From positions 1 to 64,000 of the forward strand of contig ML992520.1 of NCBI GenBank assembly GCA_010093995.1: a DNA stretch of 64,000 nt, given 5' to 3'. Below, piece after piece: positions 33,796 through 47,270 of the stretch. The stretch is from Elsinoe ampelina (lineage: Eukaryota). A model generated the notes under the pieces. It saw only the letters and a list, made by a program, of their open reading frames with translations, did no database searches and had not been told where the DNA came from. A program made the position numbers and the translations under genes. Position 1 is the first letter of the stretch. The number at the start of each line of letters is the position of its first letter.

Positions 33796-35817
33796 ATGTT
33801 CCTCAACATTCTCTTCTTTGCGGTTTTGTTCATCAAAGACGGGCTTTGTGATCTCCCGCCTTTCAATAACAGCTCAGACTATCTCAATGGCAAATACGGA
33901 AACTACACACGACAACGCTTCTTGTCAGACGAAGGAGTGATAGCGCCTGTTGCGAACGTTCTCGTGCCCGCTGGCGAAGGCGTCTCTCCGAGCAGACACA
34001 CTCTTTGGGTACCAACAGGGCCTAGAGTCGGCGTCACACATCCTATCCTCCTTGATACCAAGACCCTTTCTGTCGTGTGGCACAGCAGCATGAATGCAAA
34101 ACTCGGCGCTGCGAAAGGACGGTGCAATGGTACGGATTACATGTATCACTGGTCGCAAACAGGCACACAATTCCATGATGGAAGGTTCTTCTTCGTGTGT
34201 AATCGCATCTCATTGTTGTTCTCCCATGGCTGATTCATGTCAAAGCACAACTCCGAGTATGAGCTAGTCTACAACGTCACTACAGTTGGAAAGTTTCCAA
34301 GCGCGGATGCTCATGACTTATATCTGACGCCAAATTGCACCGTAGTCTTTCCCATCGTCAAAGAGCACCCGTTCAACCTCACGGCATACAATATTACCAA
34401 TGGTGTACTGAAAGATGCGTATTTTCAGGAAGTAGATCTCGCTACCAACCAGTTGTTGTTCGAGTGGAGAGCAAGCAAGTTCATCGATCCTTTTACCACT
34501 TATTGGGACCCGGAGACTCGCAAGGAAGGGGTGCCGCGGGATGCACCATTCGATTGGTTTCATATCAATAGCGTCCAGAAAGACGACCGCGGCAATTATC
34601 TGGTGAGCAGTCGGCATACGCATTCCATCTACTATGTTTCCGGATTGACTGGAAATGTCATCTGGACCGTTGGCGGCAAGCAGAATAACTTTCGGGACAT
34701 GAGTTCAGGAAAGGCCACCGACTTCGCTTGGCAGCATCACGCTCGGTGGGTTGACACTGAAATGACGAAGATTCAATTGTTCGACAATCGCAACACGCCT
34801 TGGCACAGCGCCGAAAGACCGTACTCCCGGGGTATAGTACTTCGTCTCGACACAGTCAGAAAAGAAGTGTGGCTAGAGCACGAATACCTATTTCAGCCAC
34901 TCAAGGCCGTCCGTGAAGGAAGCATGCAAGTCCTCACGGACTCCCCGAGAGGTCACACGGCCCTTGTGGGCTATGGGCAACAACCAGCGATCACAGAGTT
35001 TAGCGAGGACGGCGCTGTTATCTGGGATGTGGCCTTCGGACCGATGCACTTGGACCGCGAAAGTGCCGATAACTATCGTTCCCTCAAATTCAACTGGACT
35101 GGGACACCTGCCTGGAAGCCCAAGATTGCTCCCGGCCCTCAACCTCAATACGCCTTCGAGAGTGAGAATAGCACTTTCCATATCGCTCTTCATGACGACT
35201 CGGGGAACAGTATTCCCAACAACACTGCCTACTTCAGCTGGAATGGAGCTACGGAGATCAAAAAATGGATTGTTCTCGCATCCAACCACACATCAGACCT
35301 CGGCATCGACCACATGTGGGCCGAGATACCAAAGCTAGGTTTCGAAACGAGCTCCTTTGTCGGCGAATCAACCAGGTTTGTTCAGGCGTTGGCAATCGAC
35401 GACAAAGACCAAATCCTCGGGCAGACAGCCGTCCTGAGCATGGGCAGCAGTGACGAGTCGCGCGAGTTCTCTCTGAACAACAGCACTGCAGAGCTCCATG
35501 ACTTGACCACCATGTGGCACGCCTACCTCAATGAGAAGGCAAACCAGCCGTTCTGGTATCAGTGGCATACAAAATGGGAGGAAAAGACAGGCAAAGCCGG
35601 CACGATATCAGTGGTCGGAGTTCTGGTCGTGGTCATACTGTTTGGTGTCTTGGTCCTGGCCGCGAGGCGGTACTGGCGGAGGCGTCGAGGAGATGGTGTT
35701 TACAAGGGGCGATCACCTGGGTCATTCGCCGACACTGATGTGGACGATGAGGCGACTTTGTTGGCTTCGTATTCGGACGCTGGTTCTTCTCACAAATTAG
35801 AAAGCGCATGGAGGTAG
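33796..35817 (+). CDS. Arylsulfotransferase (ASST)-domain type I membrane protein, paralog 2 (intron 34195-34245)
   Basis: Signal peptide MFLNILFFAVLFIKDGLC; DAHD, FHINSVQKD..GNYLVSSRHT, WQHHAR, SADNYR, SWNGATE; C-terminal TM plus RRYWRRRR. Confidence 0.88.
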
Positions 35818-37385
35818 TCGTAGGCTTATACGTGCGTGTGGTGTCTACAATCGATGTTCCAATGTGCAGAGACTAAATCGAGTGTGCGATCTTCAATCGC
35901 GGTGTTTTGTTCCTTACAGTACTGGTGTCAAGACCACCATCTCAATGCCATGGCAGCATTTCCGATCGGAAACAACGCCAGTTATTTTTACTTCGGAAGC
36001 AGCTAGGGTAATATGGCTGTGATGTTGTCATTCACATGGTCTGCCATTGATAGAGGCGTGTTTTCGCTGTGTATCACGTGATGCTGCCAAGTGAGCGGAA
36101 CGTCTCTTCAACCACTCAAACGACACTCGATGTGGGACACGCACTCGAACTCGATTGTCGTGCCTGACTTGTCATATTTGCTCGCAACCATGCTCTGGTC
36201 TCTTATACCATCGCCAGGAAGCTACTCGACATCACTCGGTGTTCGAACGTCCTCGACCATCAGAGTCGTACTGCGAGAGCATGGTACAAGGCATATGTCG
36301 CTGCTCCCTCGGTATGGGACCCGCTTGACGACACTCGGTGCATGACAGACGGAAGATCTGACCTGTCCACAAAATGGTCAGTTTGTCCCGGGATGCCCGC
36401 TTGGGCTCGACTCGAGTGAGTGGTATCGATTGAGAATTCTTGGATGACTCGCTGGTCTCACCTCATCGAGGGCAATAAGAAGAGCTTGGGAAACAGTGGA
36501 ACGTACAAGGATAGATAGAGGGGTCCACGGATAAGTCATGCTGAGTTCAGAAGTGCTGTTCAAGATGGTATTGGAGGTGATGTAGGAGGCAGTGTGAGAA
36601 ATGCTGCAGGAAGCGGTGGTCAGGCGTCATGGAGATCATGGTGTGAGGGGAACTCTGGTCCAAAACCGAGGATTGCTGGTGAATTTGAACTTCTCTTGCA
36701 TCGTGATGCTGGTGTTAGAGCTCTCGTCGCCGTCTGGTGTTGAGCTACGCCTTCATCAACACATGTGAGTGCACAACAAACCGAGTAAAAGCAGGATAGC
36801 TGACTTGTAGCCATGGTTTGATGTCGGGCTCGTCGTCAAGATCACAGAGATAATGAAGCGTCATGTGCGCACTGTGGATCCGACAATCCGAGCACTGGTG
36901 ATTGCAGCCATCTTTACAGGCCGCTTGTGATCATTGAATTATGGGTATGGCAGACGCAAGTACACCTGAAGCTGGCGTCCGATGATACTGTCATCAGCAG
37001 TCAAGACAACCTCTTGTTCGAACACGCATCTGATTTACGAGAGTGTGACCGCGGACAGGCATGATATCAGTTCGGAAGGAGCCCAGATGGAATCGCCGTC
37101 TGTTCACACTAGGCACTTCATCATTGGCTTCCGACTCCGTTCCGCCACCTCAAAAAGGTATAGTGCTAAGCCGCTGTTTGTCGCTCGCAACGCCGCTTCT
37201 ACAAAAACTCGCCCTCACTCTTCTCTTCCAAATTTCTCCTCGCCCCTCCCATCTATCTTTGATCACATACACTCCTTGTCCAACACCATCAGCACATCAA
37301 ACCCAACACATTTCTGCGATCGCATCAAAACACGTCAAACGGTACCAAACAACAGGCTTTCCACAGCGTGGCGGTGGCAGACAGC

Positions 37386-40300
37386 ATGGCGGGGCTCAAA
37401 GAGCTCTTCAACCATGTGGTTCTGCCGCCAGACCTTCCCACGCAGGAAGACACCAATCTGCCTGCCATAGGTGATGCTCTGGCCGCTCGTCTGCAGTCTG
37501 CCTGCAATATTATGGTCAAAGAATCCTCTGGATCGCTTGCAGCCACATACCAGCATCTTCACATGTCCCTCCGCCTAGCTAGACAGCTCAACTTCGGTAG
37601 GCTGGACAAGGAGAAGCTTCTCGATAGCCTCAACAAGCTCCAACCAAACGAAGTCATCATCCTGGACGTCACTAAACAGAACGCTGGTCTCCTTATACGC
37701 ACCTCGCCGAAGTAAGCAACGTCATCTATAGCACACGAACTCTTCTGACTTTTCACAGTGACAAAGATGAGACTTCTGTCATCTTCGAGACGTTCGAGAC
37801 GAGTGCGCCATCTGCTATAATTCTTCAAGCTGCCGACAGCCTGCAATGGGACTTCCCTGGACGCGCTGTGCAAATCCCACTTTCCACCTTCAACGACACA
37901 TCTTTTCAAGAAGCTCTGGCTACCTTTCTCGAGCGTGCAAGCATGGAATCCCTTCACCAATTCCAAGCAAAGGTGCAAAAAGCGGGAAATACGGTCATCG
38001 AGGTCCGGGATGTGAGCGAACCGACCATCATCTCCCAGATGTTGATGTCGATCATCGAAGCAATGGGTTCTGCTGTCGACGTTCCCCACCTACGCAAACG
38101 AGTGCGCGACGACGTAAATTTTCGCAACGCCAAATTGCCGTGGAGGCGCCATCCCTACTGGCTCGTTCTCCGCGTTTCGCTACAACGTCAGCTCGGCATC
38201 ACACTTGGTGCTGAGACTGGTCGTGCCTGCTACAAACTCCTCATGGCTCAATTTCATGCTGAGCTACTCCTGGACTGTACTGGAAAGCTGGCTCCACAAG
38301 CTGTTCATTCCCTGCGATCTAAGCTGTGTCGGCGTATGGCGAAATTGGCAAATCAATCGCCGGGTGGGTCTGCGGAGTACAAAAGCATGTTCGATCTCGT
38401 TCATTCCAGGATCAGTCGTCGTGTTGAGGGTGCTATTCAGAGCGCTACGTCGGCCATTGAAGATGCCTGGTCGCAATTCAAACGAAGGAACATGCGTCCA
38501 GTACCTACCTTGCAGAAGCACGCTAGTCTTCACGACACAACTCTCGCCCTCCATAATAGCGGTTTCTATCTGGACCACGTTCTGCATCTACATTCCCAAT
38601 TTGTGGTCCCCGGTCATCACATCACACTGCCTGTGGAAGAACTCTCCAAGACAACTGAATCTCAACAGCTGGCCTCCAAGCACATGCAATTGGCCAAGGC
38701 GGATCGTGCAGCCCAGAGGCAACTCGCTGAGTATGCTGCGACTGATACAGCTACGGAGGACCATATTCAAGCCGTGGCAGACAAAATCATCGAGCACATC
38801 GCCACGGTTGGGGAAGCATACAAGGGCGATCCTCTCTTGATAAGCTCTATGCTACTCACTGTCTTCGAGCTTTGGGTCGCTATGGACAAGGCTGCTGTCG
38901 AGATTTGTCCAGAATTGAAGCAGTATCACCCCGTCCTGACTGCACCTTTACTGGACACCCTTCAGCTGGAACGCCATTCTGATCTGGACCGCCTTGCCGC
39001 CATCCAAGACTACCTCTTCGCTCGCTGCTCCGCGTCGAAGTCAGCCGACGCCTCTATCTTTCACCAGAACGGGCGGTGGAGTTTCGCCTTCAATTATTAC
39101 CAGCGATCGGCCACTCTGCAGAGGCTCTTTGGCCGCATCCAACGGGATTCCGCAGCAGCGCGGGCGAGAAAGGAAGAGGAATGGGAATCAATGAAGGATG
39201 AGTATGCGGATCTCTCACGTAAGATTGAGCAAGGCACATGCATCTGCTCCATCAACGCAGATGGCTCTCGCAATGTGAAGGGCTGCAACAAATGCTGGCA
39301 TTGGAGGACGAGAAATCGACTTCAGATCAACGTCCATGAAGACTTTCTGCCCGCGGACGCTCAGGCTGCAGCCATTGTCGTCTTTGAGCTGGGCATGCCA
39401 GACTTCCTTCGCCAGTATCGCGATGTGACGTTCAAATTGATCTGCGATATCGCACATCCCAGCAATCTCTCAGACAAGCGCGCAGCACCTGTCCTCATGC
39501 TTCAGGACTACTCCCAGTTGAGGACATACAGTAAAGGATCGTCGCGTTTCACCATGGCATCATCCACCAAGTCGCATCTCACTTCTCATTACAAAGTGTC
39601 GCAAGTCAACGCATCGGCAAATACTGTGCTCACGAACCTCGGCGCAACGTTCGAGTATTACGATACTTCTTCTCGACAATGGCTTCATGGCTTCCCGCGC
39701 ATCCCTACACAACTCACTCTGCAGCACCTCTGCGGTGTCTCGATACCGCGAAGTCTCAAAGTCGTGCTTCCTCATGCGCCTCACCCGCCGATCAACGGAA
39801 ATCACAACATCTCCTCCTACCAGATACAAGCCAATCGTGCCAAGTGTCCGAAGCATCTGCCCGTCCACGAATTCTCCTCCCTGCAGAAATTGGTGTCGGC
39901 CTCGTCTTTACGCTGGTCCAACATTCTCGTGGAACTCTGCGCTTCCAATCTCAACTTCTCCAGCGCGGAAACCACTCAGCTGATCTGCGAGTTGTCCACT
40001 CAGGCTGGCCCACAATCTCCCGGAAAAGACGTTCGCGACTATCATGCCATGTTCCTGGACTCGTCATTCATAGAGCGTCTATGTGAACAGGTCGAAGCTA
40101 AGCTACAAAGCATCTCCACCAATTGGGGTGAGCTTCACTGCATGGACCTCATCATAACTCTGTCATTACGTATCCTGTCCATGACTGACGGGGCGAGTCA
40201 GTCTTCGGCTCTTGCTTTGATTTCATCAGCTCGCGAGGTCACCGTCACGTGGATTCGTCATTTCCGCGAGGAGTCCGAAACAGCATCAACTTCTGCTGCG

Positions 40301-43300
40301 GCAAAGAAGTCTGCGCAGAACGCTGCGTGGGCTGCTCTACTCTGCCGCAAGACGCTCTCTGCGCTTCTGCATGTGTCTTCCTCAGGGATGGGTTCACAGG
40401 CCCTGACCATCTGGACCGAAGCTTCGATTTGTCTCCATGATGGTCTACCTCCTGATCTTGCCTCTCTACCACACGTCCTCCGTCGTCTGCTTCAGAGGGA
40501 TTCACATTATGCTGCCGCGCTGGAGAGAAAGGTCCGCACAGCTATCAAAGATCATTCCCGGTCCTTGGAGATTGCCCTTCTGTCATGTGTGGATACTTCA
40601 ATCCAGCCAACGTCAGATCCGACGCAAGACAGTCACTTCACTCCATGGGAGGAGACATCAGGCACACGCCGGAATTGGATCTCGTCGTCGTCTGGCGCAG
40701 ACACGTACTGTTTCAACTACATGACTGGAAGGCTGCTGGTCAATGGCAGAGCTCTTGGCAAGCTGCCACAAGATCTTGCAGACTGTGACGACGTCAGGGA
40801 ACTCTTCGGGGATCGTCACCTGCTTGCTTATCCGTCTACATTGCCTGGAATGACGCATCGTCTCAGTAAGCAGATCGAGGGCAATGTGGTCCACTTGGGC
40901 AGCCGTGATGGGTCTGTAATCATTCAAGCACAAAGCCCAATGGGCCTGCTGGAATTTGTTCCTCGCAGGATTTTCGAAAAGGGAGGGACTTTCGACCTAC
41001 CAAAGGAATTGATTGCAGCTTGTATCCACTGGCTCAATCTCCGGGATGGTGAACTTGAATGTCGTCGCAAGCCAAACATATGGCACCCTACCTTACGCAA
41101 CTGGATCATTCACACACGCCAAAGGGAAGCAACGCGATCCAAATCACGCCTGATTTGTCCGCACTCGCACCTCTTTGCCAACATCTATCGTTTGATTGAG
41201 CACTTTGAGAAACCAACTCGGATCACGGCTTATGCTGCCCAAAGCATGAGGATCCATATTGCGCTTCGAGATCTTGAGCTCTCCTTCACAGTCAACGGCC
41301 ACGGTCTTCTGGAATGCAACGAGCTTCATGCAGAGCTTGATCCGAATCAGGATGCAGGGACTCTTTACGGTCTTCGAAGCAAGCTGGTTCTACGTGATAT
41401 CAGGACAGACCAGCGTCTTGTACTCGTACCTTTGGATCCTCCAAGCTGGGGCCGGGAGGGAATTCACGTAGGCGTCACGTCTACTGGAATTTCTGGCTAT
41501 GCCAAATTCGAGATCGACGAGATTTTGGGTCGACTGAACTGTCCGCCCGAGCCGCGTCTACTCTTCACGAAGGCGCTCATGCATGCTCTCACTTCTTTTG
41601 TGGTCCCGGATCGTTTGACCGGGAAGACCGGCACTGAAGAAGCTTTCGACATTCTAACATCCGCTGCCGCTCAACCTTGGTCGCCGCTCAACGATCCAGT
41701 TGTTGATGCTCTGAAGTCCATACAAGGACTCTGTCCTCGTCGTGAGTTTTATCCGACGGATCGCAAGACACTACAGACAATCACTTGGGATGAACATCTC
41801 TCACCCTTCATCCAACACGATGCGTTTGATGCTATCGTGCAAAGGATCCTGGACAAGTCTTCCAATACAAGCGCTTTCAGCATGTCTGATGCCAATCTTC
41901 TGGCAGATAGTTCCATTTCTTGGCTGCGCCAGCGGGCTTCCGTACGCAGAGGCTATCGCGAAAGAGCAAATGCTAGCACAGCCTCGATCCTTGCCATTCC
42001 GGCTGAAGATCTGTTGTATGAGTCCCGAGACAAGGAAACCAATGCGAAGCGGTCCGTCGTCACCTACAATAGCACAAAGACAGTACTGGACCAAGGTTAT
42101 CGTATCAACATCGAGACCGACTATCACAAGTTGCTGTGCAAGTGGGGCCTGATTGGTGGCGTTGGAGATAACGTGGAGCTGCTCTCCAGCTCTCTCGCAG
42201 GACTTCTTGATACAAAGATTGATGAGCATTGGTTTGGACTTCTTGATCTTTGCACTGGAGCGACGAGATATGAACTGGTCTTCATTCTGGGGGCGCTGGC
42301 ATTCAATCGTCAAGGCAACCAAGAGATCCTCAGTATCCTTGCAGCTTACGGGTGCATCAATGAGCTGAAGGATCTCGACTTACCAGAATACACTTCATTT
42401 GTCAATTACCAGTCTGCCGGAATTCCTGACGAGGACGAGATGCTTGATCTGATCTCCAGTACCTTCACAAAGCACGTCCCCGATCTGTCGATGAAGAAAG
42501 CCCAGCGCGACCGGCGAATCCGGGAGCATGAAGCCCGTTGTCGTCGTGCAGCCACACAGTCGGTTCGCAACCTGCTCGAACAATGGCCCGTGTCTGAGCC
42601 AGTATTCGACAACGACGATGCGGCAGATGCCGATGTATTCGATCACGACAGCGCCTTGGCACTCATTCTTCCCGAATGGGATCGACGCATTCGTAACACT
42701 GCACTCACCGACTATGTCAAGTCTGCACAGTCCATCCTCGACCACCACCGGCTGCTCGTCGTTGGCAATTTTCCTCTGCGTTACACACCGAAAGATCCCG
42801 AGACCTGTCGACCTGCCGGTAGCATCAGTCCTGTCGTTCCCGTGAGTCTTCATGATATCGCTGTCAAGGTCTCACGGGTGTCCAACGAAGTCGGCTCAGG
42901 TCCGAATGTTGATCTGCTCATGGCCCCTGGCATGACACTGTCTACTCAGTCTTCCGCCGTCACCGATGTGACTCTCAGTCGTACACTTGAGACACTGCTG
43001 CGGGTCTTCGCAAGCTCTAAGGATCATCTTCGTACTACTTATGCGGAGAACCTTCTCCTGAGCTTGGAGGCCGCACGTCGGGGTGGACGGGTCAGTCATT
43101 CGGTCAACGTGACAACCGGGCTGGATCTGGCATTGTCTCGAGCCCTTCAGGCTGCAACCATTGAGCTATCTGATGCACGAAAGGTGATCAGTCAAGCTAT
43201 GGCTAATGAGGACAGTGGTTTCATTTGGCTCGCACGAGCGGGTCTATGGCCATCCGTCAGTCTGACTTCACTTCTCCCGCTCCTCCGCGCCGTCGATCTG

Positions 43301-46300
43301 GCTCTTGTGAGCTCGCCGATGAAGGATGGTCTTGTTCACTTAGCTTTATGCGTCCACCAACTACAGCGCCTGAAGCGTATCTATGCAGCGTGGCGCAAGA
43401 ACGATGTGCCTACAGTGAAGTCGGAATTGGCAAATCGCGGACATGAGAACTGGGTTCCCTCTGAATGCTCTGATTGGCTCTTGATTGAAATCGATGGTAA
43501 CATTACAATTCGTCCCGAGCAAGTTGAGGTTGCAAGAGCTGTCATCGCTCCACCATCTGGTCACAATTCCGTCCTGCAGATGAACATGGGACAAGGCAAA
43601 ACGAGCGTCATAGTTCCACTTGTCATGGCTATTCTGGCCGACACTTCTCAGCTTGTCCGTCTTATCGTGCCCCGACCGCTCATATTCCAGACCGCGCAAG
43701 TCCTGCAGTCTCGTCTTAGTCTTCTGGCTGGGCGCGAGGTCAGTCACCTGACATACACACGACGAACCCCGACAACTTCGGCCATGCTTGGGCATTATCG
43801 TCAGCAGCACGAGAATGCCCTAAAAAGCGGTGGTCTGATCATCACATCTCCCGAAAACCTCCTCTCTTTCAAGCTGAATGGGTGGCAGTCGCTGTCCGAC
43901 GGGAAGCTCGAGGTAGCCAGAGAACTGTTGCAAACACAAGCACTTTTTGAACAGAAAGCCCGCGACATCATCGACGAATCCGATTTCACCCTTGGTGTCA
44001 AAACCCAGCTCACTTACCCAAGTGGCGCGCAGACTCCTGTTGATGGAAATCCGTGGCGTTGGGAGACTGTACAGAAGCTCATCGGGCTTATTGAAGCTCA
44101 ACTTGCACAAGTGCGGGCAAAGTTCCCAACTGCTATACTTCTGGTTGATCGGAAGCCCGGCTTTCCTATCATCAACTTTCTACGAGACGAACCTCAAGAA
44201 TTCCTTCAGAACGAGATTGTTGAGCAGATTGCGTTCGGACGCACGTCCGTCATCCGCTTCAATGGCAGAGTCACCAACGAAAAGGCAGGGATGGTCAAGC
44301 ATATCCTCACCGCCGAGAAGCTCGAGGAGAAGACTTTCAAAAAGGTGGTCCGTATGAGTGCAGATAGGTCGTCCGCCCCAAAGATCCTGTTGACGGCCCG
44401 TGGTCTGCTACTCAACCGCATTCTGCTTCTATGCTTGCGTAAACGATGGAATGTACAGTACGGCCTCGACCTCGACCGATGTCCGGTAGCAGTGCCATTC
44501 GAGGCCAAAGGTGTGCCATCCGAGCGTTCAGAATTTGGTCATCCGGATGTCGCCATCTCTTTGACGTGTCTCTCATTCTACTATCAGGGTCTGAATGTTG
44601 ATCAATTCAAGGACGGACTGCAAAGGGTTCTTCGCTCGGATGATCCAGCAGCCGAGTACGAGCGCTGGACAGGGAACACTTCTCTGCCTCCGACTCTGAG
44701 CCAGTGGAATCTCATCAACATAGAAGACGCTATGCAAACGGACAGACTCTGGCAGCATCTCCGCCTTGAGAGGTCGGTCATCAACCATTACCTGAACCAC
44801 TTCGTCTTTCCCATCCATGCCAAGCAATTCGCGGTCAAGATTCAAGCATCAGCATGGGACATACCACTCATCGGTGGCAAGTCAATGACCGCTGCATCAC
44901 AAGCAAGGACAACGGGATTCAGTGGGACCAACGACGTTAAGATCGTCCTACCAGGCACAATCAAGCAAGACGATCTCCCTGGTCTTGTTCATACCAATGC
45001 AGAAGTGCTTGGATACTTGCTCCAAAGTCGCAACAGCGGCTATCGCGTCACAGCTTACGATAGCATACGCTGGACAGAAAGTCAGTTCCTGAAATCACTG
45101 GCCAAAACCAACATCCGTGTCTTAATCGATGCTGGTGCTTACGTTCTGGAGATGGACAACAAGACACTAGCTGAAGCATGGCTATTTGCTGATACCGATG
45201 CAAAGGCGGCCGTATACTTTGGTCGAGATCACCGCATCTGGGTCAAATATCGCGGCAAGACGGCCGATGTACCGCTACTTGCGACCCCGTTCGCCGAAGA
45301 TCTCAGCGAATGCGTGGTCTACCTGGATGAATCACACACTCGTGGCGTCGATCTCAAGTTCCCTCCATCTGCAAAGGGTGCACTGACATTGGCGCTTGGC
45401 CAGACCAAGGACCACACAGTCCAGGCCGCCATGCGCCTTCGCCAGCTCGCAACCACTCAGTCTGTCGTTTTCTTTGCCCCACCCGACGTCAATCAGAGTA
45501 TCATCGACCACTGTAAGCCTGGTGGAACGATCACATCGGACCATGTCGTTTCCTGGCTACTTGAACAGACCTGCAAGGCCAATGAAGACATCCTTGGTCT
45601 GCATTTTGCCCAAGGACTGGACTTCTGTGAACGCAAAGATGCAGAGTGGGCGTACGACCCCGAACACAGCAGCGAAGAAGACAAAGAGAAGGCACTGAGC
45701 CGCTTGCAAAGCCCTGAAAGCCGTACGCTTGCTCAGCTTTATGGTCACGGGTCGAATGATGTCGAGAGACACGCTTCATCAGAGCGCATGACGCCAATAC
45801 TGAAGGGGTATGCCGATGATATCCACGCCCGCCGTGCGCGAACTGCGAAAAAGGCTTTCAACCAAGATGCCTTGGAAGAAGTCGAGCAGGAGAGAGAGAT
45901 TGAGTTCCAGGTTGAAGAAGAGCGGGAGATTCAAACGCCCAAAGCACTTCAGCCTTTCATATTCCCAGGTCTACATCCAGCTCTATCGACATTTGCCCGC
46001 ACCGGCCGACTCGACACCGAGTGCGGCTTTGAGACGGCTTTCGCTTTTCTCGCAACGACAGAAACAGGCAAGAAGTATGACGTTAAGGACGTCAAGTCGA
46101 AGTTGTTTGTGTCCAATGAGTTCACCAGGACTGTTCAAGGTCATAAGGACAAGGCGCCGGGCGATGAATACGTGGTAAGTTGTCCAGCACATGGCATTCG
46201 GGGACCGTACTAATGAATGGAAGCGTTCCGTCGATTGGATACTCTGGAGTCCGAAGCAGCGCACTGGCGTCGTCCTGATCGCGGAGGAAGCCAACCTGCT

Positions 46301-46712
46301 TATGACAACTCTAACCTCCCCTGGACATGCCGCCACTCACCTTCTCTGCTACGCCGCGCCGGTCACGAAGTCTATGCGTCATTTCAGCAAGCTTGATTAC
46401 TTCTCGATCCCGGCAATGCCCGCGAACAACGTACCACCAAGCTGGTTTGCTACCGAGATCGGTATCCTCGCCGGGCGCTTATACTTCGAAGGTAGCGAGC
46501 TAGAAGATCTCAAAAAGTACATAGGGATGGTGGATGGAGGAGCCGGCGGGGTGGAGAACGCCACAAGGTTCAGCCCCAACCAGGCAGGCTTTTTGCTGGA
46601 GTGGTTGGCTCTTCGCCGCAACACTCGCGATGTCCTGCACACTCCGATGGGTCACCTTTGTCTTGGCCGAGATCTGATTGAGGGGCATCCTTTTTTCAGC
46701 GCGGGAACTTGA
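37386..46712 (+). CDS. Giant (~3,076 aa) DUF3638/DUF3645-type P-loop protein (introns 37712-37758, 46175-46223)
   Basis: LFNHVVLPP.LP N-terminus; RKRVRDDV..PWRR; DWLLIEID..I.IRPEQ; QMNMGQGKTSVIVP; DIIDESD; RWNVQYGL..AVPFEAKGVPSERSEFGHPDV; TGFSGTND; YLDESHTRGVDL; QAAMRLRQL; EQEREI. Confidence 0.85.
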
Positions 46713-47270
46713 GGCTTGCTAGCAATATTGGGCGTCCTCGGACCACAGGCTGGTGGGGAGACGACAATAGTGAGGTTCGGGAACAGGACGTCCGCAATGT
46801 GCAAGGGGTGTATAATAGATTTCATCGATTTGAATAGCAAATGTGAAGAAATCCGATGAGACAGCTCTGTGATCTCGGAAGAGGTGCAATATGTGACTAT
46901 CGCAAAGGGAAGGGAGTCCAGCTGATTTGCGGCAGCGGAGAAATCCAAGGCCGCGGGGGACGCGGGGCGGAGCGGAACTCCGCTGGTTGCTGACTCGTGT
47001 TTCATCTTGGCAGGGTCGCGCTTGATTGACGCGTGACAAACGGACCGAACAATTTCCAGACGCAAGCTCAAAGCATTCACCTTGCCACAACAAACGATCC
47101 ATTCAACATCAGAAGTCTCGAGCTTTTGGGGATCACCCATACCGAAAGACAATCTCGGCCTAGTCAGCTCCATTCCTGAGAGCTTCCTACATTCGTCAAG
47201 CCAATCGACCTTTCTGGAGCTCTGGTCTGGGAGTGGTGGACTAAGCCTGCATGGCTGCGCTACGAAAACT

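Noticed and set aside
35820..37385. Short ORFs upstream of the giant DUF3638 gene, including 36982-37470
   Set aside because: No recognisable motifs or splice-supported model; likely promoter and 5' UTR (CT-rich leader at ~37210-37290).
47082..47270. N-terminal extension of dynein from a TTG start
   Set aside because: Non-ATG start in a eukaryote; the first in-frame ATG at 47271 gives a typical N-terminus.
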